From Tubiluchus corallicola (taxonomy: Eukaryota > Animalia > Priapulida), in the NCBI GenBank assembly GCA_030141605.1, contig JAQGDQ010000418.1:1-64000 (forward strand): a stretch of 64,000 nt of DNA. The letters are read 5' to 3'. A program made the position numbers and the translations under genes. This document shows, piece by piece, positions 37,817 to 64,000 of the stretch. The stretch's first letter is position 1. The number at the start of each line of letters is the position of its first letter. The notes beneath the pieces were generated by a model that saw nothing but the letters and a program-made list of their open reading frames with translations, was not told the DNA's origin and made no database searches.

Positions 37817-37908
37817 TCAAAAAATTCCATAGGCCAATCTCCTCAACATGTATTTATATATAAATAGAAACATACATGTTGAGGAGATTGACCTATGGAA
37901 TTTTTTGA
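37817..37908. repeat. Near-perfect 37-bp-arm inverted repeat (hairpin, 18-nt loop)
   Basis: TCAAAAAATTCCATAGGCCAATCTCCTCAACATGTAT (37817-37853) pairs with ATACATGTTGAGGAGATTGACCTATGGAATTTTTTGA (37872-37908) with one mismatch. Confidence 0.9.
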
Positions 37909-38434
37909 CAGAAAATTTTGAGTTCACGCACGAAATTGGGCGAAATTAAAATGGAATGTGTCGGCATTTTGAGAGAACAAAATCTTGTTGTGCAAAAGCG
38001 AACAAATTTCTTTTCACACGATTTATGGAACGTATCAAGTAGGAAAAAATAGTTACAAAATTATATTATATCTCTCCATCGCCTGTTTTGTGTGCCGACT
38101 CACCGCGCAGTGATTTCAGGCTGTAAAATCAGTTTAGTTTAAAACAAAATTGGTGGTAGCGAAGCGCGCAGCATTAGCGGAAAATTACCAAAATTGCGAA
38201 GTGACAAACCGTGAAACTCCATTACAAACATTACATTCTATTATCAGTCATGCGAGAAAGTTGATTCATCAGTTAAAACAATCCCAAAACCGGTCAATAA
38301 TTACATAGCCAGCGAAAGGGAAAACGTTGTGGCTTTCCAATGAGTAACAACATTGAATATTACTTTATTGTGAGTTGTAAACCATAAATAAGTGACACTG
38401 CTGATGATGGAATGAACCACAATCGCTATTCTTA

Positions 38435-38673
38435 CAGGGTGTTACAAAAAAACAATACACTATAACATATGTAACTGGCATAGAAATATTACGCAATAAA
38501 AAGAGCAATAAGTGCGGTAATACCGATTAAATCATGTGGTAGGAAAATTGAATAATGACGTAAAATATCTAACGTTATTTTGTTATTTGATTATGATGTC
38601 ACAGTGCAATTCATTTTACTTGTACTGTACTATATTTGTTATATTTTGTTAATGTTTCTTTTGGAACACCCTG
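38435..38673. mobile_element. Tc1/mariner-type MITE
   Basis: TA|CAGGGTGTTACAAAAAAACA ... TGTTTCTTTTGGAACACCCTG|TA. Confidence 0.8.
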
Positions 38674-39441
38674 TATTTCTAACAAAATTTAAACCAACTG
38701 GAAAAAACAACACACAAAAAGTTGGGAAGTCAGTTAATCAAACGGTTGTCACGGCTTTTCACCACTTACGTCTACCTGCTTATTCAAACTCCATAAGAAA
38801 AATATGAAAGTGACAAATCTATTCGTGAATTGACCTCAACATCTTAAAAAGTTGAAGTCTTTAAACTAAACAGGCGTGTCTGGAACACTATGCAACTATT
38901 ACTACTAAACAAATAAGATATTCTATAAACTGTTTTCCTTTAATCTATATTGGCATTGAAAAATGTAAAAGGTGATGTTTTGACCTAATGCACGTCATTT
39001 TTTGAGATTCCAACATGTCAACTTCACGATGCACCTATAGAACATGTACCACAACGCACCAATGATCAATAATGAGCTAGGGCGCACGTTGTACTTTTAT
39101 TAAGCCTTTCCACTATTTTTTTGCTTTTTATTATAAATAAACAGCCTTGAAGTTTTACTATTCGTCCCGGTTGGGTTTTTTTAATCTAGAACTTCTTCAC
39201 AAATCACCACAGCTCTTAAAAATTTCACAATAGTACGTTTCATAACTTTTAATACGTGCAATCTTTCAGTTTGATTGTACAATTGTAGTTTTACGTACAG
39301 TCATGCACAGTCTTAATGTACAGGGCAAACAATTTCGCATAACTTATTCCACAATAACTTGACCAAAAATGAAAATTTTCACAGTTCACAACTTTGGCAC
39401 GTGCTTTTCTCGGATCTATGAGCTAGGACATGCAGTTAGTC

Positions 39442-57016
<17,575 letters not shown>

Positions 57017-57036
<20 letters not shown>

Positions 57037-57133
57037 TGTGCAACTCCTCTTCGGCTTGAACTAAAGTCATTCAGTCTTTTCCTCTCTTACGAGCAATCAC
57101 TCCTATCATATCATATCACCTTCACCTCATTAG
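57017..57133 (-). CDS. Probable start-codon exon of the uncharacterised gene (CDS 57036-57017)
   Basis: Acceptor atacag|, then ACA-ATG TTG CAG AGT CTG TCC AG|GTAAGC with a strong donor. Phase 2 matches exon 46663, giving MLQSLSRSKSLSS. Confidence 0.5.
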
Positions 57134-58139
57134 CTGTATAATGAACGACGTATTGGCTTTCTCTTAGCCTACCTACTACCCTACATCTTCAGATAAGCGT
57201 TGAATTGATGAATATTAAAACTTTCTAGTCATATTTTTCTGCATTTCCTGTTATTTGTTCACGTGTCCATTGTGGCATTAGTAATTGAGGCCAGTTCTAT
57301 TATGAGTACAGCGGCAAGTAGTCACACTAACACACAAACAACATCTAAATTTCACTGACAGTTCGGTTTTACTTTTAGAAAACAAGTTTTCTGGTTTTAA
57401 TGCCGTCATATTTTTATAATTAAGTCTATTTTGTTCTTTTTTGTGATTGGTGTTATCATCATCATTATCGCTATGCCCATTACGTCTATTGTAAACATTG
57501 GACAGGCAGAATTCTAGAATAAAAGAAATCTGCCATCAAGACAGGTAAACACTAAACACAGCAGTAATCCAGCAACAAAACTTGCCACTGCTCCGCCAGT
57601 GGCTTGTCAGCACCACTTCCGTGCTCCAGTGGCTTGTCAGCACCACTTCCGTGGTATGGGTGTTATAAATTTTTGCAATTAAAGCGTTCTACACCGGGAC
57701 CTGCAATCAGTTTGCTAGCGATGATGATGAAACAATATTGCTGCCGGTATTCATTAATACGCAATTCGAACAGGAATTACAAAAAGCATAAGAATGTTTC
57801 TGGTGATCCAAACTACAGTAGCCACGTATGGTCACAAGTGAAAAAAACTGCCTCCTCAAAAAACATAATATCCAAATAATGTAGAAACTAGAAACTCATA
57901 GAAAACAGAACACAAAACACAATAATACAATGCAGTGCAGAAACAAATATTTTATATTAATTACCAGCAAAAGTAAAGAAAATTGAAAATTCTAAATAGT
58001 CTAATATTTATAATATTGTACACAATTACAAGACGTTGTATTTTTGTCGCCGTTTCGGGTTAGAGGACTTCATATTTATAATAATTGTATCATAATTATG
58101 ATAACGTAACGACTATTTTGCACTCTAAACTGTTCTAAC

Positions 58140-58445
58140 CCTATTTAAAGTAACCACACACTCCAAACAAGGTTGAAATGCAAATTTCAAGGGACTCATT
58201 AGCTAAATTATACCTATATCTCCTCACTTCGTACTTTAGTGTAGGTTGGAGCAACTTTACGAACTGCGCTTCCTTTATGAGCAAACTAAAATTACTATCC
58301 ATATCATCTAAAACTCTTAGCACTGTTAGGTTTCATACGCTCATTAATTCAGGAAGTTGTTTTGTAGTCTGCCATATGTAAAATCCGTGACATCCCTCAC
58401 AGTCATGTTTGTATGTGACATAGGAGGTACCAAGTTTGAAATCAA
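58140..58445 (-). mobile_element. Penelope-like GIY-YIG endonuclease relic
   Basis: SYVTYKHDCEGCHGFYIWQTTKQL and RVLDDMDSNFSLLIKEAQFVKLLQPTL match the PLE motifs C..C...YIGQT.R.L and LLIKEA..I...QP.LN. Confidence 0.75.
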
Positions 58446-58583
58446 GCCTATCATCTCTCACCTGCAATGTGAATAAATGTAACGAGTGCAAGTACGTGTC
58501 TAAGTAACTACAGTTTAAGTACTGAGTTACCACTTACCTTACAAATAAATGGAAATTTTACATAATTATAATAAATTTATCGA

Positions 58584-58935
58584 TGAATAGAACAGAACAA
58601 AACAGAATAGAATAGAACAGAACAGAATAGAATAGAACAGAACAGAATAGAGTAGAATAGAATAGAATAGAATAGAACAGAACAGAATAGAATAGAACAG
58701 AACAGAACAGAATATACAAAGACAATAAACATAAACGTATTAGCTAATCATGCCAGCGTCACTAGTCACTTGACTTACAGGGGGTGAAAATGATATAAGA
58801 TGACTCCTTTCTAAGCGACTGGATACAATATGTAATTCAATACAATACAAATCAATGCAATGCAATACAATGCAATACAATACAATGCAATGCAATGCAA
58901 TACAATACAATACAATACAATACAATATAACACAA
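58584..58935. repeat. (AGAAT/AGAAC)n and (CAATA/CAATG)n pentamer microsatellites
   Basis: Directly visible at 58584-58712 and 58836-58935. Confidence 0.95.
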
Positions 58936-59719
58936 TGTACAAAGACAATAAACCTAAAGACGTATTAGCTCACCATGCCAACGTCACTAGTTACAATTTT
59001 TCAAATCCTGGGTGCACGCAAACGATTTTTAACACTAACCAGAGTAATTTTTTAATTCCATGCTCCAATGCAACTCTTGCAGATGACAACACTATTACAA
59101 TTACAGTATTGGCGTTAAAATGCAAATTTGACCTTTGAAAATACATCTGTATGGATGGACACATGGATACCTTTCTATTGATTCCTGCACGTCCACACAT
59201 TTACAATAATAATTATATGTCCAAGTATTCACGCCAATTAACCTATTATACTCAATCCAGAACACCAAATTGCAAAGCTTAAAAAATTGTGCACATTAGT
59301 ACTGAAATACTACAAATTTACTGCAAGTAGTTTTTTTATTTTCAGCAAGACACAGCAAGGCTTACATAGTCGATGGTATAGTCAGTAGGCCTGTCACGGA
59401 CATGATTATGGAGATTTCAGGATTTCACCAGTGATCCAGGCAGATTTTTAAAAAAATTATTTTTAATTAATTGTGGATTTTTAAAATCTATATTGATGTA
59501 CACTTTGTCGAATATTTTGAGCTTATTAGTAAAAGCCTGGCATGGTTTGTTTATTTAACAAACGTTTCTCTCCTCGTAGAGCGTTCTCAATTACAATTAC
59601 AATTATTACAATCCTAAAAACAAACATGCAATACCATTACTAAATGTCAGAATGAACTGGCACCGAAAACAACACATTGCAATGAGTAACAGAGCATGCG
59701 TGGAACAACTTTAGCCAAA

Positions 59720-60545
59720 CAACGTGTAGTTGAAAAGTTTGTCAAGTCGAATTTTAATTTCAGCCCTGTAACCTGGCATTTCTGTAGTAAATCAAATAGC
59801 CAGAAGTTAGAGCTTTTGAATTTCAGAGCGCTCCGTCTAGTTTATAATGATTTCGAAAGTACCTACGGAAATCCATTGTTTAAAGACAATTTTGAGTCTC
59901 TTCAACTTCGGAGACAACGTCTCATTGTGCTGTCGAAGTATTCAAGATTTTGTCCAAAAACTGCCCGTCCTATCTCTATGGACTGATAGAGGAACCAAAG
60001 CAAAACCGCTACTTCCTCAGAAAAATGAACACTGCAGAACTCCCTACATATGATGGTGTTACATATGGCAAGAAAAGTTTCTCTTATTATGGAGCCACAT
60101 TGTGGAATGAATTACCAAACTGTCTCCAAATGGCCGAAAATCTTGGGGAATTTAAACATCTAATTAACTCATGGACTGGTGTATCATGTAAATGTGCCAT
60201 TTGTAAATTCAGCGAACTTCCCAATTTTGCTAAGTCGTAATTAAATGCTGAAATGTTGGCAGAAAATTTTTTTATTGACCTAGATAGCTTTTTGTGTAAA
60301 TTTTAGAAAATGTTACTGCCTAAAATTTTTACTGTCTCAATTTTTTACTGTCTTCATGTAGTTATAAATTTTTCTTGTACCAATACCTCTGGTGGCATCC
60401 AAAAGATTTTAAGAAGTACATATTATTACCATGTTATCGCTCATATACATTATGTTTGATATCGGTTTGCGAGCTTTAAGCTCATGTTTTTACAAATATG
60501 TACTGTTTATATCATACCGATGAAAATAAATATTATCTTATCTTA
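59720..60545 (+). mobile_element. 3' portion of an L2/CR1-clade LINE with 3' UTR and tail
   Basis: FVKSNFNFSPVTWHFCSK..KLE..NFRALRLVYND, CPSYL, YGKKSFSYYGATLWNELP..FKHLI. Ends AAATAAATATTATCTTATCTT. Confidence 0.85.
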
Positions 60546-60889
60546 GTGGTAAGTTAAACGTTAATGTGGCTAGAGTAGTTTCATGCATATCCTCGAACCT
60601 GTTACTCATTATAGCGTGTTGTTCTCATTTTCAAATTTTGTAACAGCACTGCAAGTTTATTTTAGGATAAAAAATGACATTATCATTAACAATGCTCTAT
60701 GTGGAGTGAAACGTCTTAAATACAGAAACTGTCACGCTCTAGTTTTGTCTTACTGGTCATTGCTCAAATTTAATAAAATTATGCTTAAGTGCTGCCATCT
60801 GTTGAACTAAGAAGTAAAGTTTCGTGTCACGTTTGATTCCACAATTCCACTGGGTGTCGACTGCCAAGTCAGAGACACCGATAATCTAA

Positions 60890-61220
60890 TATAACAAGTT
60901 TTCTCAAATTTCCAACATTTCTGTACAGGATTACTAAAGATTTAATTGCAGCACCGTCCAATTTAATCCCAGCTGATCCATGTACGAGATTCACATTTTT
61001 TCAGAAACCTCAGCTTCACCATATAAATTTCCATTTCTTCCATGCACAATCCCACAGTGGAACAATCTCTCCAAAAAAGCAGCTGACTGTAAATCCTTTA
61101 GCACTATACCTCTGTTAGTCGTTCACGGTAATGTCCACCAGCAGTCCACCACGCACCCCAATTGACGTAACTTGTGAAGCTGGACTTGGCTGATTATTCT
61201 GCCAGAACCAGAACCAGAAT
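60890..61220 (+). mobile_element. 3' remnant of a CR1-like LINE
   Basis: YKFPFLPCTIPQWNNL resembles YKYSFFPRTIP.WN.L. (AGAACC)n tail at 61204-61220. Confidence 0.55.
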
Positions 61221-61362
61221 CTTCTTCTTCAACGAATGCGATATCTTTGACGTTTCTCATTAAGATACTAATGACAGGCTATGCAAACTGAAGATGCGGA
61301 CATATGATCTTCAAAGTTTACATTCGTGAATGTCTAGTCTGCCAACGAGACTGAAATAAGGC

Positions 61363-62120
61363 CAATGATGGCTTGTACCTAAAATCAGTGGAGTGTTGCT
61401 TCAGAAAATTTTTAGCCATTGTTTTACTGAGTAAAATGTAACAAACATATAAATTTTAATCTTGTACTTATATTTGAAGACCAGGTGTTGAATGGCGTAT
61501 TTTCTTAACTGCAACTTTCTCATGGAGAGACAACTGTGAAAAATTAAGCTATAGTAGTTCACTTACAATCACAGAAATTATTTCTTGGGGATGCAAGGCG
61601 TCCATTATTAAATAATTTACGTTTTAAGCACATACGCTAAGTTTACATGTTATCAAATCCAAGAATATGACGGTACACATTAAGCACGTGGCAAATGTTG
61701 CTGTGTGAGACGACAGTCCTTTTATTATTATTATTAAATATTATTTTAATTATTATTTAATATTTATTATTTTAGTATTATTTAATTATTATTAAATAAT
61801 TTACGTTATAAGCACATACGCTAAGTTTACATGTTATCAAATCCAAGAATAAGACGGTACACGGTAAGCACGTGGCAAATCAGTAATTTTAGAGACAGAG
61901 CGCAAAACATTTTATCTCAGACATGTGCGCATGGCCGCATGCGTACAACAGCCAAGCAACACCTTGCTCTGGCTGTGAAGGAAATTGTACTCTCCTTACG
62001 CGCTTCTGCTCCGTACAAGTATAAAAGAAAGAAGTAAAGAGAAAAGGCTTACTATATGAATTTCATCGATAATAATGAGCAAAAAGAGGTGCTGCAGTTC
62101 CTAGACACGAGCCGCCACTG
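61363..62120. mobile_element. hAT-like MITE, homologous to 11009-11518, with internal tandem duplication
   Basis: Shared blocks TTTTAGCCATTGTTTT, TCTCAGACATGTGC, ACAAGTATAAA..AAAGAA, ATCGATAATAATGAG and the terminal ACGAGCCGCCACTG. Confidence 0.6.
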
Positions 62121-64000
62121 CAGTTTCAGAGACACAAGTTTACCGCTCACATAAAAACCATAGGTTGGTAAAAATGCAAGAAGCCGTTATGACGTATACA
62201 TGTACATTGCAGTTTGAGAATGTTGCTCGTCTACCATCGTGTTCTCGGCACTAGAAATTAAATTACAGTTTCAGCAGATTAAAATCTATAATTGTACAGG
62301 AGCGTCAGTGTTCAAGCCTGGATGGGAAAACAAAATCCTCAAATTCATTTCTTTGATAACAACTTTATACAACAACTGAATGAAACGCTCTCATAACATC
62401 ACTTCATTTACTTCACAATCGAATTTATTTTAACTTACGCAACTAAATATGTTACTTAAATTAAACGGAACAAACAAGACGCCGGTTTCAAGGAAACAAA
62501 ATTTCTTTAACAACACTAAGGGACCAGTATAGGTAACTGGGTCATGTTCACATGTAAGCACAAATTATTTTGTATTTGCAGCCAAGGCAACTTTTCCAAT
62601 ATCATTAGGCTTATAGCAAGTTTCCATAGCATTATACTACACAAAAAATCAATAAAAAACCAGCACGTTTAAAAATACATATCATAAACAGTCTCTTTCA
62701 CTTAAAGTATTCCTTTTGCTATATCCGTTACACTTTGCTAACTTAATTGCCTCATATCCACCACATAATGTTTCAAGGTCCATGCACAAGTAGAAACTCA
62801 ACTCTCGGGTCTTATTAACAATTTTTGTACAAAACACAGACCGGACAATTGTCAAGAAAATAATCCAATTTCAAGCCCGTGTTCTATATCATTTTAAAAA
62901 TACGATTTGTGTCGTCTTCGCGTGTAGTATTTTATTAAGTCAACACCAATAAAACTAGAACTATTTTAAGCTTTAACAGTCTTTCAGGAACTATTTACAA
63001 ACACGAGCCCAGTCGATACAAGAACCGAATAAGTTAGAAAAAAAGACTATCAGCCAATCCCTTCGTTACTATATTACATAAATATAACGCTTTCATGTAC
63101 AATCAGTACAAGAGCTACGAATTCCTTTACATTTCTGTTCCAAGCTGATGTAACATAACAGAAATTTAATGGATTTGCATAAGAAAAAGTGCCCATTAAA
63201 GGATAAGAAAAGGAGTACCTGAAAGTAGGATTCAGATAAATCACCTTAAAAAATTATATCACTTCATAGCAATTTTATGCGTATATTGAAAATAATTTTT
63301 GTTTGTCTTCTTTATAAATCTCCCGCGACACTGTTCTGACCACACCATCACATGACATCATATACAAACAACGTAAAACAGGACAAGAAAAGGAAATGTT
63401 AAACTATGTCCCAAAAAAGTTTCCATGCAAATCTATATATTACTTAGCATTTCGCTTACCTGCTGGAAAGACTTATGTAACTAGAAAAGAAAATTATTAA
63501 TTTTTTCATGTTTTCACCATTTGGTAGAATGTTGCTGACTCACCCTCCAGGGTGCACCACTCACTAACCAAAAACGTATTTTTAATCTTGACAATGTACA
63601 TTAATTTAAAATTTTACTTAGTTAGTGACACACGTGTGCTGTGAATGCTCTGATTATTTTTTCATACTTTATCCAGCGTTATCCTAACTTGTTTCAAATG
63701 ACGTCTCGTCAAAATGGTTGCGTCTAACGGTCATCGTGTGAGTTTAAATTTACATGTTTTATACAGTGTTATTGTCAACACAAGTCTAACATACAAAAAG
63801 GCAGGATGCAAGTGTAATAAAATTTCAAGACGAATTTTGTAAGGTTTACGTAAGTGCTTTAAGTCTCAAAAATTTTTATTGGGCACTTTGTCTTCTCAAT
63901 GGGCACTTTCCCTTTTTTACAATTATGGCCATGGCAAGTCCCAGAAGTGCACAATCTGATTTTCAAGCGAATTTGCACAAGACCTGTGCAGGTGATGTCA

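Noticed and set aside
57590-57655. CRISPR-like direct repeats (also 53992-54160 and 61605-61880)
   Set aside because: Only two copies each, no unique spacers of regular length, no cas genes, and a eukaryotic context.

Overview
AT-rich animal (invertebrate, probably bilaterian) nuclear DNA with GT-AG introns, many microsatellites and decayed transposons; no prokaryotic features, rRNA or CRISPR are visible. Five protein-coding genes are supported. (1) An 8-coding-exon hydroxylysine kinase (HYKK/AGPHD1; minus, 10064-20143, about 405 aa, assembled by hand with consistent splice phases). (2) An intronless ER-type UDP-glycosyltransferase (minus, 25658-27172). (3) An intronless SLC25A44 mitochondrial carrier (minus, 30334-31407). 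(4) A divergently oriented intronless B3GALT6 (plus, 33814-34815). (5) An unrecognised, mostly disordered protein of about 531 aa with a C-terminal membrane anchor (minus; exons 57036-57017, 46663-46350, 43627-42555, 39630-39442). It carries PP1 (RVxF), two PP2A-B56 (LxxIxE), NPxY/F and SH3-type short motifs plus a His10 tract. Introns and intergenic DNA contain a solo LTR with a 5-bp TSD, Kolobok-like, hAT-like and Tc1/pogo-like MITEs, L2/CR1/RTE/Penelope relics, 5S/tRNA-like SINE heads, a roughly 350-bp intronic inverted repeat and a 37-bp-stem hairpin. The best candidate for something undescribed is gene 5 and its RNA-structure-rich surroundings. All assignments are by eye and no searches were run.
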